Below, in pieces: positions 42,242-50,928 of a stretch of DNA of 64,000 nucleotides; position 1 is the stretch's first letter, and every line of letters begins with the position of its first letter. A program made the translations under genes and the position numbers. The DNA is from a bacterium (lineage in GTDB: Bacteria > UBA8248 > JACPRG01 > G963555815), in NCBI GenBank assembly GCA_965261595.1, contig CBDHDG010000006.1, forward strand, positions 128,001 through 192,000. Reading direction: 5' to 3'. The notes beneath the pieces were generated by a model. The model searched no databases and was not told the origin of the DNA. It saw only the letters and a list, made by a program, of their open reading frames with translations.

Positions 42242-42425
42242 GGGCGGGTACGGAGCCCCGCCCCTACATCTCAAATCGGGATCGGATCGCAGATTACTTG
42301 CGCCCTACCGTAAGGAAGATTGGATTTTCCAAGAACACTGGATCGGTGGCGGGAACGGGAAAGAACTGCCGCCATGGGAACTCGCGCCTCGAAAGACCTG
42401 TAGGGGCGGGGCTCTGTACCCGCCC
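42242..42425. repeat. Inverted pair of 27-bp GTAG REPs (REPIN-like)
   Basis: 42242..42268 and 42399..42425: TGTAGGGGCGGGGCTC(C/T)GTACCCGCCC, one mismatch. Confidence 0.85.
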
Positions 42426-42442
42426 CTCTTGATGCGGAACAC

Positions 42443-43093
42443 CTAATACAACTCCCGAATCTTGCCCAGGACCTCCTCGACCGGCATCACGTCCGCGTAC
42501 TTCGTCCCCATGTCGAACAGGTTCGAGCGGTGCGGGGCCTCGGCCCGATCTCCCACGCATTCCTCCGGGACGATGGTCCGGAACCCGTACTGGAGGGAGT
42601 CCACGACCGTGGCGCGGACGCATCCGCTCGTCGTCGCCCCGGTGACGATCAGGGTATCCACCCCCAGGGCGATCAGCTCGCTGGCCAGGGCGGTCCCGAA
42701 AAAGGCCGACGGGTACTTCTTGACGATCAGGCGCTCGGACGGCCGGCGGCCGAGCCGCCCGTCCAATTCCACGTCCCGGGCGCCTTCCTTGAGGGTGTCG
42801 AGGGACGGGAATTTTTCCACCCAGACCCCCGCGTCGCTCAAGTCGTGGCGATAAGCCACCGATGTGAAGAAGACGGTCAGCCCTTTGTCCCGCGCCGCGT
42901 CCAGGAGACGCCGGTTCTGCTTCACCACTTCGGTCAGGTCCGTCCCCAGCGTGCAGCTCGGATCCGTGAACCCGTAGCTCAGATCCACCACCACAACGGC
43001 GGCCTTCCGACCGAATCCCACCTTGCCCGTGATTCCGGCCTTCTGATAAAGGTCCCGGGCCTCTTCGAACCCGCCCTTGTCCGCCACGGCCAC
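42443..43093 (-). CDS. Isochorismatase/cysteine hydrolase family (N-carbamoylsarcosine or maleamate amidohydrolase-like)
   Basis: VVVDLSYGFT, KKYPSAFFGT, GATTSGCVRAT; AGGAGG RBS. Confidence 0.9.
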   Translation of the reverse strand: MAVADKGGFEEARDLYQKAGITGKVGFGRKAAVVVVDLSYGFTDPSCTLGTDLTEVVKQNRRLLDAARDKGLTVFFTSVAYRHDLSDAGVWVEKFPSLDTLKEGARDVELDGRLGRRPSERLIVKKYPSAFFGTALASELIALGVDTLIVTGATTSGCVRATVVDSLQYGFRTIVPEECVGDRAEAPHRSNLFDMGTKYADVMPVEEVLGKIRELY

Positions 43094-43200
43094 CTCCTAG
43101 TTTTCGGGTGGATGGTTCCCAAGCCTGTAGAATCTTATGAAGACAGACGGCTAAACTCAAGAGACCTTGCACTTCGGGACGAAGGAAAGGAACCCTCTGG

Positions 43201-44310
43201 ATGAGCGAAACCCGCCGCGGCGTGTTGCTCCTGGAACCCTTCTACGGCGGCTCCCACAAGGCCTTCGTGGACGGGCTGAAGCGGCATTCCCGCCACCGCG
43301 TCGAGGCCCTCACGCTCCCGGATCGCTTTTGGAAGTGGCGGATGCGGGGGGCCGCCATCCTGATGGCGGACCAGATGAAGAAATCCCTCCGGAGGCCGCC
43401 CGAGGTCATCCTGGCCTCCGACATGCTCAGCGTCGCCGACCTCAAGGCCCTGCTGGGCCCGGCCGCTCCTCCCATCCTCCTTTACATGCATGAGAACCAG
43501 CTTTCCTACCCCCTCCCGGAAGGCGGGCGCGGGGATCTCCAGTTCGCCTTCACCAACGTGACTTCCTGTCTGGCCGCGGAGAAGGTGCTGTTCAACTCGG
43601 AATTCCACCGGGAAACTTTTCTGAAGGCCCTGCCCGCGCTGTTCCGGATGATGCCCGATTGCAGACCCAAAGGGGTCCCCGAGCGGATTCGGGAGAAGAG
43701 CTCGGTCCTCCCGCTGGGATGCGATCTCGCCGCGTTCGACTCCATCCGGAAGCCCGCAAGCCGTCCGGGCCCTCCGATCATCCTGTGGAATCACCGTTGG
43801 GAATTCGACAAAGCGCCCGAGGATTTCTTCGAAGCGCTGTTCCGGTTGCAGGCGGACCGCCTCCGGTTCAGGGTCGCCGTGTGCGGAGAAACCCATCAAG
43901 CAAAACCCAAAATTTTTCTGGAGGCGAAGAGAAGGCTGCGGCGGCGGTTGGTTCACTTCGGCTTCGAGCCGTCCCGGGCGCGCTACGCGCGGCTGTTGTC
44001 CGGATCCGACATTGCGGTCTCGACGGCCATTCAGGAGAACTTCGGCCTTTCCGCCGTCGAGGCCATGTACGCCGGCTGTTATCCCCTCCTTCCCCGCCGC
44101 TTGAGCTACCCCGAGATCCTGCCGGCGGAATTTCACGCCGGACACCTCTACGACGGCCCCGAGGACCTCTACGCGCGGCTGAGCACACTCTTGCGGGAAG
44201 GCGCAACCTTCGACCCGGAGCGATTGCGGCGGCGCATGGCCGTCTATGACTGGAGAGCGATGGCCCGGCGGTATGACGACCTGTTCGATGGATGCGGAAG
44301 AGCCCCTTGA
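43201..44310 (+). CDS. GT-B glycosyltransferase, DUF3524/GTDC1 (QTMAN)-like
   Basis: LLEPFYGGSHK, WKWRMRG, YMHENQL.YP, FNSEFH, WNHRWEFDKAPE, ENFGLSAVEA, RLSYPEI. Confidence 0.85.
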   Translation: MSETRRGVLLLEPFYGGSHKAFVDGLKRHSRHRVEALTLPDRFWKWRMRGAAILMADQMKKSLRRPPEVILASDMLSVADLKALLGPAAPPILLYMHENQLSYPLPEGGRGDLQFAFTNVTSCLAAEKVLFNSEFHRETFLKALPALFRMMPDCRPKGVPERIREKSSVLPLGCDLAAFDSIRKPASRPGPPIILWNHRWEFDKAPEDFFEALFRLQADRLRFRVAVCGETHQAKPKIFLEAKRRLRRRLVHFGFEPSRARYARLLSGSDIAVSTAIQENFGLSAVEAMYAGCYPLLPRRLSYPEILPAEFHAGHLYDGPEDLYARLSTLLREGATFDPERLRRRMAVYDWRAMARRYDDLFDGCGRAP

Positions 44311-44355
44311 ATCCATTCCAAGGCCCCGCCCGAAGACGACGCACGGAGGCCCCGT

Positions 44356-44985
44356 TCAAACCCGCTCGAAAACCGCCCGGTGGATAGGATGGCCGGCCCC
44401 GGCCATTTTGACCTCGAAGTTGGTCGGGACATATCCCGCCCGCTCCATTCGCCCCGCCGGGTCGTCCAAAGGCCGGAACGCCGGGTTCTCCCCCACCATC
44501 GCCGTAATCACCCCGAAGTACTCTTCCACGTCGGAAGCGATGTAAAGCTGTCCCGACGGGATCAGGGTGCGCGCGAAGTCTTCCAGGAGAATCGGCGTAA
44601 AAATCCGCCGCTTCTTATGGCGCTTTTTCCACCAGGGGTCCGGGAAATAAACGTGGTAGGCCAGAACGGAGGCCGGCGGAATCACGTCATGAATAAGGGG
44701 GAGCGCGTCGGTGATGACAATCCGGACGTTTCGGAGGTCGCGCTTTTGGATCCGGGGCCGCGCGATTCGGAAATAGCTCAGCTTTCGCTCGATGCCGAAG
44801 TAGTTCACCTCCGGAAACCGCTCGCCAGCGGTGATGAGAAACCGCCCCTTGCCGAATCCCACCTCGATCTCGACCGGGCGGTCGTTGCCGAATAATTCGG
44901 CCCAGCGCGGCCGCTTCGCGAGATCTTGGAGGGGGACTTCGGGGTCGAAGGGTTCCTGGGCGTGGTTCGAGGGTGCCATGAGCAT
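44356..44985 (-). CDS. trmB: tRNA (guanine-N7)-methyltransferase
   Basis: EIEVGFGKGRF, FPDPWWKKRHKKRR, ASD, PTNFE. Confidence 0.92.
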   Translation of the reverse strand: MLMAPSNHAQEPFDPEVPLQDLAKRPRWAELFGNDRPVEIEVGFGKGRFLITAGERFPEVNYFGIERKLSYFRIARPRIQKRDLRNVRIVITDALPLIHDVIPPASVLAYHVYFPDPWWKKRHKKRRIFTPILLEDFARTLIPSGQLYIASDVEEYFGVITAMVGENPAFRPLDDPAGRMERAGYVPTNFEVKMAGAGHPIHRAVFERV

Positions 44986-45127
44986 CCTTCGCCCCGCACA
45001 GATCCGGACGGCCGGGCCGAATCCGGCGCGACGCGGCGGGGAGAGGGGGGGGGGGAACAAAAAAAGGGCCGGCGACCCGAGCAATCCGCTCCGGGCGCCG
45101 GCCCTGGACCTCTTCCTCACGGGAAGG

Positions 45128-46015
45128 TCAGTTGAGAATGTCCTTGAGCATGGCCATCCGGCCCTGGCCCCGCAGGCGCCTGAGGGCCTGCTTCTCCAAC
45201 TGTCGGATCCGCTCGCGGGACAGGTTCATCTGCTCGCCGATCTCCTGGAGCGTCATCGGCTCGCCCGCGAAACCGTAGCGCATCCGGAGAATTTCCCCTT
45301 CGCGCTTGGGCAGGGTGGCGAGGGCCGTCAGGAGCTGATTCGAAATGGCCGAGCGGTTCAACCGATCCTCGGCCAGATTGTCGTTTCCGTCGGTGAGCAG
45401 GTCAACGTGATTGATGCTGTCCGCATCCCCGAGGGGCGCATCGAGAGACAGGGCCTCCCGGGCGGCCTTGAGCATCACAACCTCCTCGGGAAGCTCGTCC
45501 ATCGCCTTGGCGATCGCCTCCAGGGAAGGCTCCTCTCCCGAGGCCTGCTCCATCTCGCGGATCATTTCCCGGACCTTCAACCGCTTCTGGGCCTGCTTGA
45601 CCGAGAGGTGAACCGCACCGCCTTGGGAGGCGATGGCGTGAACCATGGCCTGGCGAATCCACCACACGGCGTACGTGATGAAACGAACGCCCCGCTCCGG
45701 GTCGAACCGCTTGGCGGCCTCGATCAACCCGATGTTGCCTTCATGGATGAGGTCCGCCATGGTGACGCCGCAACCCTTGTACCGGTTAGCCACGCTCACC
45801 ACATAGCGGAGGTTGCTCCGGATGAAAAGCTCCCAGGATTTCTTCTGGCCCCGCTTTGCGCGCTTGATGACCTTCTGCTCCATCTCCCGATCCAGGACCG
45901 GGATCTCACGGATGGAGGCCAGGTAAGCGCTCAACGCATCGGGCGCAACTGTCTGGGCGCGCTGCTTTTCCGGAGCCTCTTCTTGCTTCTCGACCTTGTC
46001 CAACATACCACTCAT
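45128..46015 (-). CDS. Sigma-70 family RNA polymerase sigma factor (RpoD/RpoS-like regions 1.2-4, no region 1.1)
   Basis: DALSAYLASI, NLRYVVSVA, DLIHEGNIGLIEAAKRFDPERGVRFITYAVWWIRQ, TLQEIG..LSRERIRQLE. Confidence 0.92.
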   Translation of the reverse strand: MSGMLDKVEKQEEAPEKQRAQTVAPDALSAYLASIREIPVLDREMEQKVIKRAKRGQKKSWELFIRSNLRYVVSVANRYKGCGVTMADLIHEGNIGLIEAAKRFDPERGVRFITYAVWWIRQAMVHAIASQGGAVHLSVKQAQKRLKVREMIREMEQASGEEPSLEAIAKAMDELPEEVVMLKAAREALSLDAPLGDADSINHVDLLTDGNDNLAEDRLNRSAISNQLLTALATLPKREGEILRMRYGFAGEPMTLQEIGEQMNLSRERIRQLEKQALRRLRGQGRMAMLKDILN

Positions 46016-46218
46016 TGCTCGTGCCCTCGATTCTGAAAGAGAATTGACTGCTGATTTTGCAAAACGCAAAACAAAGAGCAGGTGCAATCTCTCTCGATCG
46101 CTCCCTGCTCCCACCCATCCTACGCTGACATTGATCGCCAATCACCAATCCTGTGGTTGTGCTTATCTCCTCTTCCGATGACCACTCCGACATCCGACAG
46201 AGATAACCTGCTTTTCTT

Positions 46219-46247
46219 AAAGTAGTTTATTCACGTTCATATGTCAA
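46219..46247 (-). promoter_or_regulatory. Sigma-70-type promoter of the sigma factor gene
   Basis: Minus strand TTGACA-17 nt-TACTTT in an AT-rich intergenic region. Confidence 0.55.
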
Positions 46248-46314
46248 TCATTAAATAGGTATTTCGCCTATTTTTTCTGGGTCTGGAAGCCGAATTATCG
46301 TATAAAAAACCAAA

Positions 46315-46327
46315 TATCAATAAGTTA
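46315..46327 (+). promoter_or_regulatory. IHF-like binding site
   Basis: TATCAATAAGTTA fits WATCAANNNNTTR, with a 5-prime A-tract. Confidence 0.45.
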
Positions 46328-46409
46328 CATAAAGACCGATCCAATTCCACCACCACGCCGGATCCCGCGTTTTCATCGGGATCGATTCACAACCACTTGT
46401 TTTCCGGTC

Positions 46410-47072
46410 TTACAGCATGCTCGCAAGCCGCTCCCGCCACTCCGGAACAATGCGTTTTATGATCTCCAGAACTTTCAGCCGGGCGGTTTCCGCCTTTTCC
46501 TGCTTTTCCTCTGTCGTGGCGAATTCCTCCAGGATGACGCGCCCCAGCCGCGAGTGGAAAACCTCATCCTTCTGGATCTTGCGATACAAGGCCGCCGTCC
46601 GCGGCTCGAAAGGCTCGATCACATCGATGAAGGCGACATTCGCCCAGTAGGCCAGGATGGTTTCCTCCGTGTAGTTGTTCATCATGATGCGCTCGGTGAT
46701 GTCCCACGGGGTGCAATCCATGAAGAAATCAAACAGGTCGCGATAGGCGTCCAAAGGCTCCCAATCCCACGGCTTCTCTTCCCCGATCTCCTTCAAGCGG
46801 GCCTGGACCCATCGAACGTGCCGGAACTCGTCATCCACCTGCCGGGCCAGAAGGTGCTGGGCCTTGAGGGGCGAGTTGGGAATCCACGCGGCCGAAACCT
46901 CCGCGACGCGCAACTCGTTGTAAAGACCCTGCTTCAGACGGAGGCGAACCATCTTCTGGACCTTCACCGGGTCCTCCGAGCGGATGGACATGAACGATTT
47001 TTCAACCTCCAGCTCTTCATAAAAGACCCGGTTGCGCTTTTCCACTTCCTTCACGAACGTCTTGCTGTCCAC
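46410..47072 (-). CDS. Ferritin-like diiron four-helix-bundle protein
   Basis: Two E...DExxH sets (NE..DEFRH; EE..DEVFH); GGAGGA RBS 8 nt before GTG 47072. Confidence 0.75.
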   Translation of the reverse strand: MDSKTFVKEVEKRNRVFYEELEVEKSFMSIRSEDPVKVQKMVRLRLKQGLYNELRVAEVSAAWIPNSPLKAQHLLARQVDDEFRHVRWVQARLKEIGEEKPWDWEPLDAYRDLFDFFMDCTPWDITERIMMNNYTEETILAYWANVAFIDVIEPFEPRTAALYRKIQKDEVFHSRLGRVILEEFATTEEKQEKAETARLKVLEIIKRIVPEWRERLASML

Positions 47073-47094
47073 GAAACATGTCCTCCGCGCCAAC

Positions 47095-47510
47095 ACTGAT
47101 CGGGAATTTTCTCAGGAACATGCTACATCGAAAAACGGAAATTTCAAGGGCCGGGAATTCAAGGACCGACTGGCATCTCCTTATTGACAGGTCCCGCACC
47201 GCATGATGATATACGGAAATTCGAGATTTGACCCTTAGCAGCGGCGCGGAACAAGCCGGAGGGAGGCCCGCGATGTCTTCTCACCCAGCACGGACGCCGG
47301 CCGACTGATCGGGAATTTTCTCAGGAACATGCTACATCGAAAAACGGAAATTTCAAGGGCCGGGAATTCAAGGACCGACTGGCATCTCCTTATTGACAGG
47401 TCCCGCACCGCATGATGATATACGGAAATTCGAGATTTGACCCTTAGCAGCGGCGCGGAACAAGCCGGAGGGAGGCCCGCGATGTCTTCTCACCCAGCAC
47501 GGACGCCGGC
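47095..47510. repeat. Exact tandem duplication of 207 bp (period 209)
   Basis: 47095..47301 equals 47304..47510; the unit includes TTGACA, the RBS and the first codons of the downstream gene. Confidence 0.95.
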
Positions 47511-49773
47511 TGGCGGCGGACCTTTTTCCGTGATCGGCTCGAGCCCGCCCAAGGCGGACGCTTTGACCAAGGCCGCGGGGACGGCCCGCTACGCGGATGA
47601 TTACGCCGGCCCCGGCCAACTCCACGTCAAGGCCCTCCGAAGCCCCCACGCCCACGCCCGCATCCTCATGATCGACACCTCGAAAGCCCGAGCCATGCCC
47701 GGCGTCGCGGACCTCGTCACGGCGGCCGACGTGCCGGGGGAGAGCCTCATCGGCATCACCGTGACGGACCGGCCGGTCCTCGCGGCGGAGAAAGTCCGGT
47801 TCATCGGCGAGCCGATCGCCGCCGTGGCGGCTGAAACCCCCTGGCAGGCCGATCGGGCCACGGCCGCCGTCGAGGTCGAATACGAGGCCCTGCCCGAGGT
47901 CTTCGATCCGGAAGAGGCCCTGCGCGATGGAGCGCCCCTCCTGCACGAAGACCGCCCGGAGGGGAACCTGTTGACCGAATGGAAGGTGAGGCGGGGGGAC
48001 GTGGAAGCGGCCTTCCAATCCGCGGCGGCGGCCGCGGAGGAAACCTATGAAACCCAGCCCATCGAGCACGCTTACATGGAGCCCGAATCGGGCTTCGCCC
48101 ACCTGGACGCGGAGGGCCGCATGGTCCTTCACACCTGCACACAATCCCCCTACACCTTTCGGTCGGAAATCGCCCGGGTCCTGGGGTGCGATCCGGAGCG
48201 GGTTCGCGTCCTCCACACGGAGACCGGAGGCGGATTCGGCGGGAAACTGGAAATCTCCCTCCAGGCCATTCTGGCCCTGTTGGCCCTTCGGCTGGGCCGC
48301 CGGGTCAAGTGGACGTATTCCATGGAGGAATCCTACCTCTCCACCTCCAAGCGCCACCCGCTCAAAATGCGGTGCAGACTTGCGGCGGACGCGCGGGGAA
48401 AGCTCTTGGCGATGGACATGGACATCCTCGGGAATTGCGGCCCGTACGGCGGGAGCAGCATCGCCGTCATTGCCCGGACCGCCGTCCACGCGACGGGACC
48501 TTACTTCATTCCCAACGTCCGGACGCGCTCCCGCTCCGTCTACACCAACAACCCCATTCAAGGGGGCCAGATGCGGGGGTTCGGCATTCCCCAGTGCGCC
48601 TTCGCCCTCGAGCAGCAAATGGACGTTCTGGCCGACCGCCTGGGGATCGACCCGCTGGACTTCCGCCGCCGCAATGTCCTGGACGTCGGGATGGAGACCC
48701 CGACGGGACAACGTCTGGAGAGCAGCGTCGGGATGAGGGCCTCGCTGGACGCGTTGCGCCCGGCCTATGACCGGATGATCGCCCGGGCCAAAACCGAATC
48801 CGCCGACGGACGCCGGCTGGGCGTCGGGTTGGGGGGGATGTGGTACGGCATCGGGAAAACGGGCATGCCCAACGCCTCCACGGTTCGGGTGGACATCGAA
48901 TCGGACGGCGGGGTCCTGGTTTACTCCGATTGCGCCGACATCGGGCAAGGCTCGGACATGGTCATCCGGATGATCTGCGCCGAGACGCTGGGCGCGCCGC
49001 TGGATTCGGTGCGTCTCCATGCGCCCGACACCGACCTGACGCCCAATTCGGGGAGCACGTGCGCCAGCCGCCAGACCTATGTCACCGGAGAAGCCGTCCA
49101 CCGCGCGGCGAATGACGCCTTCGAAAACCTCGTTCGGGCGGCCGCTGACCGGCTGGAGGTTCCTTCAGATCTCGTTCGCTGGGAGGGGGACCGGGTTTTT
49201 GTCTCCACCCACCCGGAGCGATCGATTTCCCTGGAAAACCTCAACGGCGGCGGCAAGACCGTCGTCACCGGAGAGGGGGTTTTCAACCCCGACACAACGG
49301 CCCTCGACCGGGAGACCGGAACCGGCAATCCCTACGGCGCGTATGCCTTCGGCGCGCAGGTGGCCTTGGTCGAGGTGGACCCCGAGGTGGGGAGGGTGGA
49401 CGTCCTGGAGATGTGCGCGGCCCATGACGTCGGACGGTCGATCCACAAGGTCAACACCGAAGGCCAGATCGACGGGGGCATCGCCATGGGCGTGGGGCAG
49501 GCCCTGATGGAGAACTACGTCCACCTGAAGACGCCGTCGCTGACCGATTACCTCCTGCCGACCTCCGCGGATGTTCCCGAGGTGACCTCCGTTCTGGTCG
49601 AAGACCCCGAGCCGACGGGTCCGTTCGGGGCCAAAGGGGTCGGAGAGCCGGCCATGATCCCGACCCTGGCCGCCATCGCCAACGGCGTCTACCGGGCGAC
49701 GGGGGTCCGCGTGGTCCGTCTGCCCATCAGCCCGCATGTGATTGCGAAGGCCAAAGCCCAGCCCGACGTGTAA
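47482..49773 (+). CDS. Xanthine dehydrogenase family Mo-binding large subunit
   Basis: LRSPHAHARI, EHAYMEPE, GGGFGGK, MRGFGIPQ, DIGQG, ASRQT, EGQIDGG, GPFGAKGVGE; GGAGG RBS. Confidence 0.92.
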   Translation: MSSHPARTPAGGGPFSVIGSSPPKADALTKAAGTARYADDYAGPGQLHVKALRSPHAHARILMIDTSKARAMPGVADLVTAADVPGESLIGITVTDRPVLAAEKVRFIGEPIAAVAAETPWQADRATAAVEVEYEALPEVFDPEEALRDGAPLLHEDRPEGNLLTEWKVRRGDVEAAFQSAAAAAEETYETQPIEHAYMEPESGFAHLDAEGRMVLHTCTQSPYTFRSEIARVLGCDPERVRVLHTETGGGFGGKLEISLQAILALLALRLGRRVKWTYSMEESYLSTSKRHPLKMRCRLAADARGKLLAMDMDILGNCGPYGGSSIAVIARTAVHATGPYFIPNVRTRSRSVYTNNPIQGGQMRGFGIPQCAFALEQQMDVLADRLGIDPLDFRRRNVLDVGMETPTGQRLESSVGMRASLDALRPAYDRMIARAKTESADGRRLGVGLGGMWYGIGKTGMPNASTVRVDIESDGGVLVYSDCADIGQGSDMVIRMICAETLGAPLDSVRLHAPDTDLTPNSGSTCASRQTYVTGEAVHRAANDAFENLVRAAADRLEVPSDLVRWEGDRVFVSTHPERSISLENLNGGGKTVVTGEGVFNPDTTALDRETGTGNPYGAYAFGAQVALVEVDPEVGRVDVLEMCAAHDVGRSIHKVNTEGQIDGGIAMGVGQALMENYVHLKTPSLTDYLLPTSADVPEVTSVLVEDPEPTGPFGAKGVGEPAMIPTLAAIANGVYRATGVRVVRLPISPHVIAKAKAQPDV

Positions 49774-49868
49774 TTCCGTTTCAACGGTCCGGCCCCATGC
49801 GAGAGGCGTCTCCTTTCAGGACAACCGCGGGTCCGGGCGTGGATGAAACCGCATTTCAACGGGAAAAA

Positions 49869-50861
49869 ATGATCAACGGCCACACCGTCGTGGATGTCCA
49901 TCATCACTACATCCCGGGCGAGCTCCTTCATCACCTGGAAGACTTCCTGCCGGCCGACGTGACGACCACCCCGAAGGGGGACCGGGTCTCTTTTTGGCGG
50001 AACGGCATCGAGCTCCTGACGCCCGACACCATCATCATGCCCGACATGGACAAGCAGATCGCCGACATGGACGCGGGCGGGGTGGACATCGCGGTCAACT
50101 CCATCAGCAGCATCCAGGAGTTCTGCACGATGAAGATGGCGAAGGTGGTGAACGACGGGATGGCCGAGGTCCAGCGCAGACACCCCGACCGCGTCTGGGG
50201 CCTGATCCACGTCCCCCCCTTCGAAGACGGGGCGCTGGATGAAGTCGAGCGCGGGGCCAAGGACCTGGGCCTCAAAGGCCTTTGCGTAACAACGCACACA
50301 CAGGGGAAATACCTGGACGCGGAGGAGTACATGCCGCTGTTCCACAAGGCCCACGACCTGGGGCTGCCCATCGTCGTCCACGCCGCCACCATCCCGGCCG
50401 ACTACAAGCGGACCCTGGAGGCTTACGACCTCGCGCGATCCATGGGGCGGGTGTTGGACCACACGCTGGCGACCATCCGCCTCATCTTCAGCGATCACCT
50501 GCGGGAGCTTCCCAACTTGAAGTTCTTCCAGGGCCACCTGGGCGGGGCCATGTTCATCCTGCGGGGCCGGTTCGATCCCTCCTACAAGACCCACTGGAAT
50601 CCGGCCGAGGTCGAATACGACAAGTACATCGATCAGATGTACTTCGACACCGCGCCTCCTTTTTGGTACAAGGCGGAGGTCCGGTGCGCCATCGACACGC
50701 TGGGCGCCGACCACATCTGCTACGGGAGCGATTACCCCATCCAGCCGGACTGGATTGAACGCTCGCTGGACCTCATCACCGGCCAGGAAGGCCTCGATGA
50801 CGACGCCCTGGCCGACATTCTGGGGCGAAACGCCCTGCGGGGTTTCGGCGTGATCGATTAA
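49869..50861 (+). CDS. Amidohydrolase_2 family protein (ACMSD/LigW-type decarboxylase or hydratase)
   Basis: DVHHH, PIVVH, GHLGG, YFDTA, YGSDYP. Confidence 0.88.
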   Translation: MINGHTVVDVHHHYIPGELLHHLEDFLPADVTTTPKGDRVSFWRNGIELLTPDTIIMPDMDKQIADMDAGGVDIAVNSISSIQEFCTMKMAKVVNDGMAEVQRRHPDRVWGLIHVPPFEDGALDEVERGAKDLGLKGLCVTTHTQGKYLDAEEYMPLFHKAHDLGLPIVVHAATIPADYKRTLEAYDLARSMGRVLDHTLATIRLIFSDHLRELPNLKFFQGHLGGAMFILRGRFDPSYKTHWNPAEVEYDKYIDQMYFDTAPPFWYKAEVRCAIDTLGADHICYGSDYPIQPDWIERSLDLITGQEGLDDDALADILGRNALRGFGVID

Positions 50862-50928
50862 CGCAAGGCGACGCCCGGTCTCTCCGCTTCACCCGCGCGG
50901 ACCGGCGTTCCATCGGGAGGGCGCGAAG

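Noticed and set aside
47171..47190. TGGCA motif as a sigma-54 promoter
   Set aside because: No TTGC at the required -12 spacing.
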